A stretch of DNA of 64,000 nt, from assembly GCA_002408185.1 (NCBI GenBank), contig DHQV01000055.1:68332-132331 (forward strand), in the 5' to 3' direction. Shown piece by piece: positions 45,724-55,349 of the stretch. How positions within the stretch are numbered: the first letter of the stretch is position 1; every line of letters begins with the position of its first letter. Position numbers and translations under genes: made by a program. Below the pieces are notes generated by a model that searched no databases, was not told the DNA's origin, and saw only the letters and a program-made list of their open reading frames with translations. This DNA is from Deltaproteobacteria bacterium UBA5329 (GTDB lineage Bacteria > Desulfobacterota > Syntrophorhabdia > Syntrophorhabdales > Syntrophorhabdaceae).

Positions 45724-46841
45724 AGGGTCTCCTGACCTGGTACGCGAGCATTATAACAGATAACCTTTTCTGGCGGAAGATGATCGCGCGAAGATCGGTC
45801 CTGCTTTCCCGGTGCCTGTTCAAGCTTCTTGAGGCCCTCGATACGCTGCACGGTCTCGGGGTGGGTCGAAAACACACCGAGTTTAAGGGTCCGGGGATGG
45901 CTTGTGTCGATCTTCTGAAGAATATTCTGAAAGGGCCGGGTCCCTTTTCCCCGGGCGATCAGGAGCGCACCCGCCTCATGGTCGGCCTCGCGTTCAAAAT
46001 CCCGTGAATACCCGTTCTCGATGAGCAATACGGGGAGAAAGGAGGCGAAGCTGGCGGTGGATGTGACGTCGCCGGTCAGCAGTGTGACAAAGAAGAACAC
46101 CCCGGTACTCTGCAGGATGCTCCTGAGAGCATGGCGCCGCTTGACGTGGCTGATCTCGTGGGCGAAGATCGCCGCAAGTTCATCATCGTCGTCGGAAAGC
46201 GCAACAAGTTCGTCGGTGACAACAACGATGCCGGACGGAAGTGCAAAGGCGTTCGCGCCGAACTGCATCCCCCTGCGAAATACGATCGTGTAGTTTACGG
46301 CATGCGCCGGGTCTATCCGTGATACTACCTGTCCGAACAAAGACGTTATTTCCCCTTTCCGTTCGTCGTTAAGTGCGCTCGGCCCGAGAAATCTCTCATC
46401 GAACATCTTGAGTGCTTGTTTGCTGACTGATCGCGTCACGTGTAAAGGTACGGTCCGGGCGGCGTAATTCGCCGCATAGGGTATGACATAACCGATGAGC
46501 CCGAACAGGGCGACAACGATCAGGAACGTGCAGACCGCAACAGCCATCCGGTGTGTCTCGAGATAATGGACCCAATTCCACGAACGATTGATCCCCGTGG
46601 CCGTTTCAAGGGCATTGACGGCTTCATGGTCATGTGTCTCGAGCAATGCTCCGTTGGGAAGCCTGATCAAACGTTTTGTCCGGCCAAGCGCCGGGTCGAT
46701 GTGGATCGACCCGTATTCGACTTTGTAAAAGCTGTCCTGCATGTCGTCCGACAGAACCACCGCGCCGCCGTCAAACGCAACCCGCACGCGATATGCCCGG
46801 GATGTTCTTCCATCAAAATAGTCGGCGGCAAAATGGATCAT
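45720..46841 (-). CDS. M48 family zinc metallopeptidase with an N-terminal soluble domain and TM segments
   Basis: Starts at MIHFAADYFDGRTSRAYRV. HExxH in FAHEISHVKRRH. ATG overlaps the stop of the DUF898 gene (ATGA). The 573-aa track ORF is an artefactual upstream extension. Confidence 0.8.
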   Translation of the reverse strand: MIHFAADYFDGRTSRAYRVRVAFDGGAVVLSDDMQDSFYKVEYGSIHIDPALGRTKRLIRLPNGALLETHDHEAVNALETATGINRSWNWVHYLETHRMAVAVCTFLIVVALFGLIGYVIPYAANYAARTVPLHVTRSVSKQALKMFDERFLGPSALNDERKGEITSLFGQVVSRIDPAHAVNYTIVFRRGMQFGANAFALPSGIVVVTDELVALSDDDDELAAIFAHEISHVKRRHALRSILQSTGVFFFVTLLTGDVTSTASFASFLPVLLIENGYSRDFEREADHEAGALLIARGKGTRPFQNILQKIDTSHPRTLKLGVFSTHPETVQRIEGLKKLEQAPGKQDRSSRDHLPPEKVICYNARVPGQETL

Positions 46842-47899
46842 AGGCCGATCTCTATTCCAATAAAGTCGGTCGCCGCATCGCCGAGCGCCGTTTGATCGGA
46901 TCCAGGGGACCCGCTGAACGTGTCGAGGTCCTGCAGGGAGACTACGCTCAGGTTCTCGAGGATATACTTCAGCCGGCGTATTTTGGCCCAGGGAATGAGA
47001 AGCCCCAGGGAAAAGACGATCGCGGCGATATTCGTTATCCTGATAAAAAGAAGACGGCGTGCCGTGAATGTGCTCCTGAACCGCAGGCTCCCGAAGCGCG
47101 TCTGTGACCAGCAATGATTCATGGTTATCGCATATATGGCGGCCTGCAGCGTGTAGAGGATAATGGCGGCGAGAAAAGAACTGAAGAAAAGCGTATAGAT
47201 AAGATTGACTGTGCCGGGTGAAGCCCCCGTACTCAGCGACAACCGCTGGAACCAGTACGAACCGGCCCAGTTGAAAAACACAAACGCTGAGATGCCCGTT
47301 ATCGCGGCAATAAAATAGGCCCTGTAAAACGGTCCCCTGCTTCCCGAAAAAGAACTTGCCGTCGCGCCAAAGGCAAGGTTGTTGAAAAAGAACCTTTTTT
47401 TGTAGAATTGCCATGCAGGAAAGAATATGAAGAGCGTGCACGGGAGGATCCCCGCAAAGAGGAGGTAGGTTTCATAGCTCTCCCGAAGGCGTCCCAGAAA
47501 TCGAAAGCGGATGTTTCTATACGATGTATTGTGTGCGTTGAATCTCAGCGATTTGTAAACGAGGAACGGAAAGATGAAACCGAAGATGACGAAAAGCGCC
47601 CCGGCCATGACAGGTTCAAATTTTTTAGTTGCGACATATGTAATGAACATTCCGGCAATGATCAAATTTCCTTTCAGTATGGCGGCAGGCCTTCCGTGAA
47701 AGGTGAAAGGATGCCCCGCGAGATTCGTATTTGCCCAAATATACCTCCGGGTCCGCACCTTCGCCCATGCCGCGTATATCCCGAGCGTGATGATCGTCAG
47801 GAAGAGATTGACCATCCATATCCTGAAATACTCGCTTGCAGAAGCAGTGAACTCGAAGCTATACGTTTTAGGGGCCGCAGAGGGGTAGTCCGGATCCAT
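46838..47899 (-). CDS. DUF898 (YjgN-like) polytopic membrane protein
   Basis: FEFTASASEYFRIWMVNLFLTIITLGIYAAWAKVRTRRY and the repeat of this pattern in the C-terminal half are typical of DUF898. Confidence 0.7.
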   Translation of the reverse strand: MDPDYPSAAPKTYSFEFTASASEYFRIWMVNLFLTIITLGIYAAWAKVRTRRYIWANTNLAGHPFTFHGRPAAILKGNLIIAGMFITYVATKKFEPVMAGALFVIFGFIFPFLVYKSLRFNAHNTSYRNIRFRFLGRLRESYETYLLFAGILPCTLFIFFPAWQFYKKRFFFNNLAFGATASSFSGSRGPFYRAYFIAAITGISAFVFFNWAGSYWFQRLSLSTGASPGTVNLIYTLFFSSFLAAIILYTLQAAIYAITMNHCWSQTRFGSLRFRSTFTARRLLFIRITNIAAIVFSLGLLIPWAKIRRLKYILENLSVVSLQDLDTFSGSPGSDQTALGDAATDFIGIEIGL

Positions 47900-47952
47900 G
47901 ATCTGACTATTATAAACGCGAAAAAACTAAATTTAAACGGATTTCTCTCATG

Positions 47953-47969
47953 GTCCCGATGATCGGGAC
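47953..47969 (+). promoter_or_regulatory. 17-bp perfect palindrome upstream of the Ku promoter
   Basis: GTCCCGAT-G-ATCGGGAC, about 30 bp upstream of the -35 hexamer. Confidence 0.35.
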
Positions 47970-47997
47970 GGCATGCACCGATCGTATTTAGGGCGAT

Positions 47998-48026
47998 TTG
48001 ACAATCCTCGATTTCGTGCATATCTA
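47998..48026 (+). promoter_or_regulatory. Putative sigma-70 promoter of the NHEJ cluster
   Basis: TTGACA, a 17-nt spacer, then TATCTA. Followed by an AAGGGG RBS and ATG 48046. Confidence 0.45.
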
Positions 48027-48045
48027 ACGGTAACAAGGGGTTTTT

Positions 48046-48816
48046 ATGACAGCGCGCGCCATCTGGAAGGGCCTGATACATTTCGGGGAATACAGCATAC
48101 CTGTCAAGCTTTACACGGCGGTCCGGGAGCAGCGGATACAGTTCCATCTCCTGCACAGCAGTGATCAGGCAAGGCTCAAACAGCAGATGGTATGTGCATA
48201 CGAGCACATACCCGTTCCCCGGGAGGAACAGGTAAGGGGCTTCGAATGGGAGGACGGCAGATATGTCATCGTAAACGATGATGAATTGAAACGGTTCGAA
48301 CCGGAGGACAGCCGGTTGATAGAGGTCCATGAATTCGTAAAGGCTGGCGACATCGACCCTCTGTATTTCGAAAGGGTGTATTATCTCGGGCCCGATGCTT
48401 CACAGAAGGAATACGACGTTCTTGCAGCCGCCCTGTCCGATACGGGCATGGAAGGGATATGTACCTGGACAATGAGGAAGAGAACATATTTCGGGTCGTT
48501 GAAAGTACGGGGAAAGGCGATACGGCTGATCACGCTGAGATATACAGACGAGGTTGTGGCAGCGACATCGCTTGACCTTTCCCCTGCCCGGCTATCCGAA
48601 AAGGAGTTGAAGGCGGGGTCCGACCTCGTCGGGGCGCTCGCCGGCCCTTTCCGGCCGGAGACATTCGAGAACGAGCACCAGAAGAGACTGCAGGAAATGA
48701 TAGACAAGAAAGCGGCCGGAGAAAAGATATCCATTTTCCGCCCGAAGAAGAAGAAAACGACCGCACCCGACCGGCTCCTCGAAACACTTGAGGCAAGCCT
48801 TAGGAAAGTCGGGTAA
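48046..48816 (+). CDS. ku: Ku protein (bacterial non-homologous end joining)
   Basis: ARAIWKGLIHFGEYSIPVKLYTA N-terminus and a basic C-terminal tail (RPKKKKT). Confidence 0.9.
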   Translation: MTARAIWKGLIHFGEYSIPVKLYTAVREQRIQFHLLHSSDQARLKQQMVCAYEHIPVPREEQVRGFEWEDGRYVIVNDDELKRFEPEDSRLIEVHEFVKAGDIDPLYFERVYYLGPDASQKEYDVLAAALSDTGMEGICTWTMRKRTYFGSLKVRGKAIRLITLRYTDEVVAATSLDLSPARLSEKELKAGSDLVGALAGPFRPETFENEHQKRLQEMIDKKAAGEKISIFRPKKKKTTAPDRLLETLEASLRKVG

Positions 48817-48842
48817 AAAACGACTTGAAGGGGACAGGAGGC

Positions 48843-49566
48843 ATGGCGGTTCACGAACTGTGGACAGGGACGGTCAGTTTCAGCCTCGTTGCAATTCCCG
48901 TTCAACTGGTGAGTGCTGTTGCGGCCAGCCGTATATCATTCCGGATGCTCCATGCAAAAGACTACGCGCCGCTGTCCCGAAGAATGCTCTGCCCGGTCGA
49001 GGGAAAGATCGTGCCCTTGCATGAGATCGTACGGGGATTCGAGATCGCCCCGGACAAATATATTGTCATGACCCGGGAAGAACTCGAATCGGTATCGCCC
49101 GAGCGCTCGAGGGCCATAGAGATAATCGATTTTATCGATATCGGTGATGTGGACCCGGTCTATTATGGCCGCCCCTACTTCCTGGTCCCCGCGAAGGGAG
49201 GCGAAAAGGCCTATTCCCTGCTTGTCGAAGTGATGCGTGAAACCGGCCGGGCAGGCGCTTTCGTTGATCACCCTTCATTACAGTGATGAAATCGTGCCGG
49301 AGGAAGAGATTTTATCGGAAAAGACCGGCCGGGCATGGCCCCGAGATACCGACGAGATGATAAAAGTGATCGAGAGTATGAGATCGGCATTCAAACCTGA
49401 GAGATATGCAAATGAACGCAAAGAGAAAATAGCCGGCCTCCTGGGAGAGAAAGCGAAAGAGCAGATGGTGGAATCCCCGGTAACCGGGGAAGAGGTCCTG
49501 GAAGGCCCTGGAGACCTCGTTTCCGTTCTCCAGGAAAGCGTCCGCAAGGTGGAGGCGGCCCAATGA
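48843..49566 (+). pseudogene. Second Ku paralog, disrupted by an internal deletion and frameshift
   Basis: MAVHELWTGTVSFSLVAIPVQLVSA... runs in frame 0 to the stop at 49284-49286. The Ku C-terminal part (ALSLITLHYSDEIV...) continues in frame +1 from about 49255. About 20 residues present in Ku1 (ICTWTMRKRTYFGSLKVRGK) have no counterpart. Confidence 0.6.
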
Positions 49567-50465
49567 AGAAGACGACGGCCAGTGTTGGGGAGAGGTGCCT
49601 GCCGCTTTCAAACCTGGACAAGGACCTCTATCCCTCGTTCGGTTTTACAAAGGCGCATGTCCTGGAATACTACCGAAGGATATCGCCGTGCATCCTCCCT
49701 CATCTGAAGGACCGCGCATTGACGCTCAAACGCTATCCCGACGGCGTAGAGGGAGATTTTTTTTTCGAGAAGCGCTGTCCCCGCTATCGTCCCTCATGGA
49801 TCGAAACTGCAGACGTGGTTCACTCCGATGGAAGCTCACGGACGGCATGTCTCGTTAACGACCTGGATGCCTTGATCTGGGTCGGGAACCTTGCGTCATT
49901 GGAACTGCATGTACCCATGGCGCGGGCGTCAACGCCCGAGACGCCGGATTTCATGGTCTTCGACCTTGACCCCGGTGAGAGTGTGGATATCCTTGGATGT
50001 GCGCATGTGGCATTTATGCTGCGCAGCGTTCTCGCGGGCCTCAACCTCCGGTCGTACCCGAAGACCTCCGGTAAAAAAGGCCTCCACGTCTATGTGCCTT
50101 TGAATAACGACGAGGTGACGTTCGACGATACCAAAAAGTTCTCACGCACCATTGCAGAGGTTATGCAGCGAAATTACCCGGATAATATTACGGCCGTAAT
50201 GGCCAAAGACAGGAGAAAAGGGAAGGTATTTATAAACTGGGCGCAAAATGGAGCTTCGAACACAACCGTCTGTGCATATTCGCTCCGGGCGGCCCTGAAA
50301 CCAACCGTATCGACGCCGCTTACATGGGACGAGGTGGATGATCTTGCAGCTAAGGGCCATCCCGGTCGCCTCCAGTTCATATTTTCGCAGGTGGTGGACA
50401 GGGCTGAAAAATACGGTGATCTTTTTGCGGATGTCCTGGAACAAAGGCAGAAACTTCCCTATTGA
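49563..50465 (+). CDS. ligD: LigD polymerase/primase domain protein
   Basis: LSNLDKDLYPSFGFTKAHVLEYYRRISPCILPHLKDRALTLKRYPDGV is typical of the LigD Pol domain. ATGA overlap with the preceding Ku reading frame. Confidence 0.85.
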   Translation: MKKTTASVGERCLPLSNLDKDLYPSFGFTKAHVLEYYRRISPCILPHLKDRALTLKRYPDGVEGDFFFEKRCPRYRPSWIETADVVHSDGSSRTACLVNDLDALIWVGNLASLELHVPMARASTPETPDFMVFDLDPGESVDILGCAHVAFMLRSVLAGLNLRSYPKTSGKKGLHVYVPLNNDEVTFDDTKKFSRTIAEVMQRNYPDNITAVMAKDRRKGKVFINWAQNGASNTTVCAYSLRAALKPTVSTPLTWDEVDDLAAKGHPGRLQFIFSQVVDRAEKYGDLFADVLEQRQKLPY

Positions 50466-50469
50466 GAAG

Positions 50470-52095
50470 ATGGGGCTGAAAGACTATACATCCAAACGAA
50501 AATTCGCGAAAACACCCGAGCCTCCGCCGGGGCCAGTTCATAAAGGTGACCGGCTTATTTTTGTTGTCCATAAACATGCCGCCCGCACCTTGCACTATGA
50601 CCTGAGGCTCGAACTGGGCGGCGTGCTGAAAAGCTGGGCGGTGCCGAAAGGGCCGTCGCTTGACCCGAGCGTCAAGCGGCTGGCTGTGATGGTCGAGGAC
50701 CATCCGTATGATTACAAGGACTTTGAGGGTGTCATACCCGAGGGCAACTACGGTGCGGGGAGCGTGATCATCTGGGATAAAGGCTACTTGAGGCACCCGG
50801 AAGATGAAACCTGGACGGCCAGTGAGAGGCTGCTGGAACAGGGACTGAACGCGGGTAATCTGAAATTTGTCCTTGAAGGGGAGAAACTGCATGGCCAGTT
50901 CGCCCTCGTAAAAACAGGTAAAGACCAGCGATCGTGGCTTCTTGTAAAGAAAAAAGATGCTGGAGCGGTGGGAGGGAACATAGCCCGGGACAACCGCTCG
51001 GTCGTTTCGGAAAGGACACTCGAAGATGTATTCAGCGACGGTCCAGGGACAGCCCCCGGGCGCAAAATGATGGAGCGTATCCGCAAAGAGGAGGCATCGG
51101 AAAAGGAAGACCTTTCCGATGCTCCGGTCGCTGATATGCCGCACCGCATACGACCCATGCTGGCGACCCTCATCGAGGAACCGTTCAACGACAGGGAATG
51201 GATCTATGAGGTCAAATGGGACGGGTACCGGGCCATAGCCGAGATACGCGGCGGGGATGTATCTCTCTATTCCCGCAACCAGCTTTCGTTGAAGGACAGG
51301 TTTCCCGCCATCGATGAATCGCTGAAAAAGATACGGTTCGATGCCGTTCTCGATGGGGAGATCGTCGTTGTCGATGATGCCGGTTACCCCGATTTTCACC
51401 TGCTCCAGGACTATCGCAGATCGAAGACGGGACATCCCTTCTATTATGTTTTCGATCTCATCTATTTTGACGGCCATGACCTGACAGGCCTGCCGCTTAT
51501 CAGGCGGAAGGAGATCTTGAAGAGGGCCCTTCCCTCGCTGCCCGGGATCCGGTACACGGACCATATAGCCGGGGATGGAATAGTGTTCTTCGATATCGTG
51601 AAAGAAAAAGGGATTGAGGGGATGGTCGCAAAGCACTCAGGCAGCGTGTACCAGGCGGGCAGGAGAAGCACCCAATGGCTTAAAGTGAAATCGCGGATGA
51701 CCCAGGAGGCTGTTATCGGGGGGTTTACCGAACCGGGCGGGGCACGGAAGCATTTCGGGGCGCTCGTCCTCGGGGTCTATGAGAGGCGCGACCTCGTACA
51801 TATCGGTCGCACGGGGGGAGGGTTCAGCGATAAAGCCCTCTCCGAGATCCGGGAAAAGCTCGGTCCGCTTGTCCGCCCAACGTCTCCGTTCAGGGTAGAG
51901 CCGAAGACGAACAGGGCCGTAAAGTGGGTCGAGCCGCAAATTGTCTGTGAGGTCTTCTTTCACGGCTGGACCAACGACGGCCTTATGCGCCAGCCGACCT
52001 TTATACGCCTGCGTGAAGACAAATCACCGGGCGACGTAGTTCGCGAAAGGCCGGCAGGTAAAGGTGAAGTGCGGGGGCGCGGGAAGACGGCGTGA
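50470..52095 (+). CDS. ligD: LigD 3'-phosphoesterase domain fused to an ATP-dependent DNA ligase domain
   Basis: PE motif VVHKHAARTLHYDLRLE. Ligase motif I EVKWDGYRA. OB-fold C-terminus. ATG 50470 (MGLKDYTSKRKF). Confidence 0.88.
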   Translation: MGLKDYTSKRKFAKTPEPPPGPVHKGDRLIFVVHKHAARTLHYDLRLELGGVLKSWAVPKGPSLDPSVKRLAVMVEDHPYDYKDFEGVIPEGNYGAGSVIIWDKGYLRHPEDETWTASERLLEQGLNAGNLKFVLEGEKLHGQFALVKTGKDQRSWLLVKKKDAGAVGGNIARDNRSVVSERTLEDVFSDGPGTAPGRKMMERIRKEEASEKEDLSDAPVADMPHRIRPMLATLIEEPFNDREWIYEVKWDGYRAIAEIRGGDVSLYSRNQLSLKDRFPAIDESLKKIRFDAVLDGEIVVVDDAGYPDFHLLQDYRRSKTGHPFYYVFDLIYFDGHDLTGLPLIRRKEILKRALPSLPGIRYTDHIAGDGIVFFDIVKEKGIEGMVAKHSGSVYQAGRRSTQWLKVKSRMTQEAVIGGFTEPGGARKHFGALVLGVYERRDLVHIGRTGGGFSDKALSEIREKLGPLVRPTSPFRVEPKTNRAVKWVEPQIVCEVFFHGWTNDGLMRQPTFIRLREDKSPGDVVRERPAGKGEVRGRGKTA

Positions 52096-52154
52096 ATGTG
52101 CATGTCGGGATTACCGGGTATTCTCAGGCCTTGCCGGAACGAAATACGTGACGG

Positions 52155-52820
52155 GTGCCCAATATGTCTCCGGTCCACCTGATATCCATACTATCGTTTG
52201 CAGTTTCTGCCAACTTCGACAACATCGGGGTCGGGGTCGCGTACGGGATCAGGGGAGCGTGTATCCCATTTCTTGCCAACTTTATCATTGCGTTCGTCAA
52301 CTGCTCGGGGACGGTGGTCTCGATGGTCCTCGGGGCATCCATTGCCCGAATGTTCGAGCCGCGCTTATCTGGCACGCTGGGCGGCCTCATTTTGATGTCC
52401 ATCGGGATATGGGTCATCGTTCAAGGCCTGAGTCATCTCGACAGAAAAATATCGATCGAGGATGAACTCAGCGAGAGGCTCGAGCGATTGTCGGGAATGA
52501 ATATGCCGCGCAGAATTTGGGAGATGATCGTGAACCCCTTCGTGACGCATCCCGACTGCAGGGGAGCCATGGGCTTGGGAGAATCGTTCGTGGTCGGCCT
52601 CGGGCTGACAATGACGAACGTCGTTACCGGGCTGGCGGCCGGGATGATAGGATTGAACATTGTCCTGCTTACACTAGTCACCATGCTGTTCAGCATGGTC
52701 GCGATATGGCTGGGAAGGAGCGCCGGGAATTCCCGGGTTTTCCGCTGGCTGGGGCGGTACAGCGGTACTGTTTCCGGTTTGCTCCTTATCGGAATAGGGG
52801 TGCTTGAAATGCTGGTATGA
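52155..52820 (+). CDS. DUF204 family membrane protein (MntP/YtaF-like)
   Basis: Duplicated hydrophobic modules. N-terminal SFAVSANFDNIGVGVAYGIRG. Confidence 0.6.
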   Translation: MPNMSPVHLISILSFAVSANFDNIGVGVAYGIRGACIPFLANFIIAFVNCSGTVVSMVLGASIARMFEPRLSGTLGGLILMSIGIWVIVQGLSHLDRKISIEDELSERLERLSGMNMPRRIWEMIVNPFVTHPDCRGAMGLGESFVVGLGLTMTNVVTGLAAGMIGLNIVLLTLVTMLFSMVAIWLGRSAGNSRVFRWLGRYSGTVSGLLLIGIGVLEMLV

Positions 52821-52931
52821 AAACCAGGTGCGGTTATTCTTTTTTCAGGCAAAACACGCTGGGCGGAGAATTCTTGCCTTGAGACGGCCAATACAATTAT
52901 AATCACGTATGGAAAATACCGGGTTCCCTGC

Positions 52932-55349
52932 ATGAATAACCTCAGGAAAATGCTGAACCCCCGGGCAGTAGCACTTATCGGGGCGACTGACCGGGAAGGT
53001 TCGCACGGTTTTGCCGCCTTGAAGAATCTCCTTAGATCGCCTGACCGTCCGTTCTACCCCGTCAATCCCAACAGGCGCGAGGTCCTGGGAATGAAATGTT
53101 TCCCGTCCATACTGGATGCGCCGTCACCCGTAGACTTGGCGGTCATTGTGATCCCAGCAGCGGGCGTTCCGCGGGTCGTTGACGAGTGCGGGCGGGCTGG
53201 GTTGAGCGGCGTCATCATACTGTCGGCCGGATTCTCGGAATCGGGCCCCGAAGGCCGGCAGCTCGAGGAAGAGGTCGATACGGTCAGGAAAGGGTACGGG
53301 TTGAGGGTCATCGGGCCCAATTGCCTGGGCCTCATCATCCCGCGCCTGAAACTGAACGCGACGTTCCTTCCCATAGACGTGAAGCCGGGGAAGATCGCGC
53401 TTGTATCCCACGCACTCGGTGAAGAGATACTCGAGGTGGGCGGGACGGTGGGGATCGGCTTCAGCATGTTCGCATCCCTGGGTTCCCTCATCGATGTCGA
53501 ATTCGGTGACCTGATAGACATCCTCAACAGCGACTTCAACACGCGAAGCATCATGATATACATGGAGCACATCAAGGACCCGCGGCGTTTTATAAGCGCA
53601 GGCAGGGGTTTTGCACTTTCGAAACCCATCATCGTCCTTAAACCGGGCAGATCGGTCAAGGGTTCACGGATGCTCGCCGATCGGACGGGCAGGCCCGTGG
53701 GGGATGACCGGGTGTACGATGCCGTGTTCAAGAGGACCGGCATGATGAGGGTGTATGAGGTCCGGGACTTGTATAATCTCGCCGAGGTCCTCGATTCGTA
53801 CCATCTTCCCCGGAGCCCGCGGCTGGCGGTCATTACCAATGACGGCGGAGTCGGGATCATTGCCGCCGATGCACTCGAGGAACGCGGCGGCGAACTCGCC
53901 AGGCTGCCGGATGAACTCAAGGAAAAGCTCTCGAAATTCCTGCCAAAACATTGGATTGCCGACAACCCTGTAGATGTTATGGCGGACGCAGATACCGAAC
54001 GGTACAAAGACACGGTGCGCGCATGCCTTGCCTCGGACGGGATCGACGGAGTCCTCGTGATATACACCCCCCGGTCGGCGTCTGACGCGGTGGATGTCGC
54101 AAACGCGCTCGTTACCCTGTACCGAAGCACGCAAAAGCCGGTCATAGGGGTCTGCATGGGGGGAAAGCGTGCGGCAAAGGGGCGGCGGCGGCTTCTAGCC
54201 AACAGCGTGCCGGCGTACGCCACACCGGAGGATGCCGTAAAGACATACCTGTACATGTACGGATACCGGCGAAATATCGAGCTTTTGTACGAGACGCCTT
54301 CCGAGGTGGTGCAGGAAGATTCTCCTTTCAAGGATATTATCAAGGCGGCGATCAGTGAGTGTGCCGAAAGGACCGAGCTGAGGCTCGAGGGCAAGTATGT
54401 TCTCGTATTGCTGCGGCATTACGGGATACCGGTCATAGAGGGTCCTCATGACGGCGTGGAATTGAAGTTGAGGTCGTACCGGGACCCGGAATTCAAATCC
54501 GTGCTCGTGCTCGGTGCGGGGCAAAATGGCAGGGAGGGCATGTCGATCGGTCTGCCGCCGCTTAACCGCACCCTCGCCCGGCGCGTCATAGACGACATCA
54601 GGATGCCATCGCCAGCGATGCACGCTGTTTATCACGGGGATACGGTACGGAAACTCGAGGACATCCTTGTCAATTTCTCGAACATCATTGTCGATTACCC
54701 GGAGATAGATGAAATGGATGTAAGCCTGTCCGTAAAAATTCCGGATATCCTTGCGACCCGGGCAACGGTCCGGCTCTCACAGGGCTTTCGACAGAAAGGG
54801 CCTTACGATCATCTCGTTATAACCCCGTATCCCTCGCATCTCATCCGGACGATGCAGCTTGGCGACGGGACCCGGGTCCTTTTGCGGCCGATGAGGCCGG
54901 AGGATGAATCCATGGGCCGCGAAATGTTCTCGGCCCTTTCGGAGGAAACGCTTCGGACACGATTCTTTGGCGTACCGCGCATCGACCATGATCTGCTTGT
55001 ACGCTTCTGCAATATCGACTATGACCGCGAGATAGCGATCCAGGCACAGGTCGAGAAAAACGGGAAGAAGTTGATCATAGGCGGTTTCAGGCTGGTATCG
55101 GAGCCTGACCCGGGGACAGCGCAGTTTGCGATCCTGGTGCGCGACGACTATCAGAAATTGGGGATTGGTCGTCAGTTGATGCACGTTATGATAGATATTG
55201 CCATGGAAAAGGGGCTGAAGGAAATATTCGGAATGGTGCTCAGCGAGAATAAAAAAATGTTGGCCTTATGCCGGGGTATGGGATTTACAACGAACCGTGA
55301 ACCGGAAGGCATCACGCGGGTATCGTTCGCTATTCAGGAAATTACCTGA
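52932..55349 (+). CDS. Pat-like protein: ADP-forming acyl-CoA synthetase-type domains fused to a C-terminal GNAT acetyltransferase
   Basis: CoA-binding N-terminus (VALIGATDREGS, the FPSILDAPSPVDLAVIV region), a succinyl-CoA-ligase-like module, an ATP-grasp-like segment and GNAT motif A (YQKLGIGRQLM). Confidence 0.8.
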   Translation: MNNLRKMLNPRAVALIGATDREGSHGFAALKNLLRSPDRPFYPVNPNRREVLGMKCFPSILDAPSPVDLAVIVIPAAGVPRVVDECGRAGLSGVIILSAGFSESGPEGRQLEEEVDTVRKGYGLRVIGPNCLGLIIPRLKLNATFLPIDVKPGKIALVSHALGEEILEVGGTVGIGFSMFASLGSLIDVEFGDLIDILNSDFNTRSIMIYMEHIKDPRRFISAGRGFALSKPIIVLKPGRSVKGSRMLADRTGRPVGDDRVYDAVFKRTGMMRVYEVRDLYNLAEVLDSYHLPRSPRLAVITNDGGVGIIAADALEERGGELARLPDELKEKLSKFLPKHWIADNPVDVMADADTERYKDTVRACLASDGIDGVLVIYTPRSASDAVDVANALVTLYRSTQKPVIGVCMGGKRAAKGRRRLLANSVPAYATPEDAVKTYLYMYGYRRNIELLYETPSEVVQEDSPFKDIIKAAISECAERTELRLEGKYVLVLLRHYGIPVIEGPHDGVELKLRSYRDPEFKSVLVLGAGQNGREGMSIGLPPLNRTLARRVIDDIRMPSPAMHAVYHGDTVRKLEDILVNFSNIIVDYPEIDEMDVSLSVKIPDILATRATVRLSQGFRQKGPYDHLVITPYPSHLIRTMQLGDGTRVLLRPMRPEDESMGREMFSALSEETLRTRFFGVPRIDHDLLVRFCNIDYDREIAIQAQVEKNGKKLIIGGFRLVSEPDPGTAQFAILVRDDYQKLGIGRQLMHVMIDIAMEKGLKEIFGMVLSENKKMLALCRGMGFTTNREPEGITRVSFAIQEIT

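Noticed and set aside
46842-47441. The 200-codon N-terminal extension of the M48 peptidase ORF (track ORF 45720-47441, 573 aa).
   Set aside because: The extension lies entirely inside the DUF898 gene in another frame and looks non-coding. The peptidase has a clean ATG at 46841 that overlaps the DUF898 stop (ATGA).
50377-51636. Long antisense ORFs opposite well-supported genes: 419 aa opposite ligD, 446 aa at 53054-54394 opposite the Pat-like gene, 316 aa at 11308-12258 opposite the flavoprotein, 279 aa at 31982-32821 opposite bamA, and 249 aa at 15517-16266 opposite uvrA.
   Set aside because: Their translations are Arg/Pro/Gly-rich and low in complexity, with no motifs. The opposite-strand genes have unambiguous family signatures. 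Open antisense frames of this kind are expected from the codon bias of moderately GC-rich genes.
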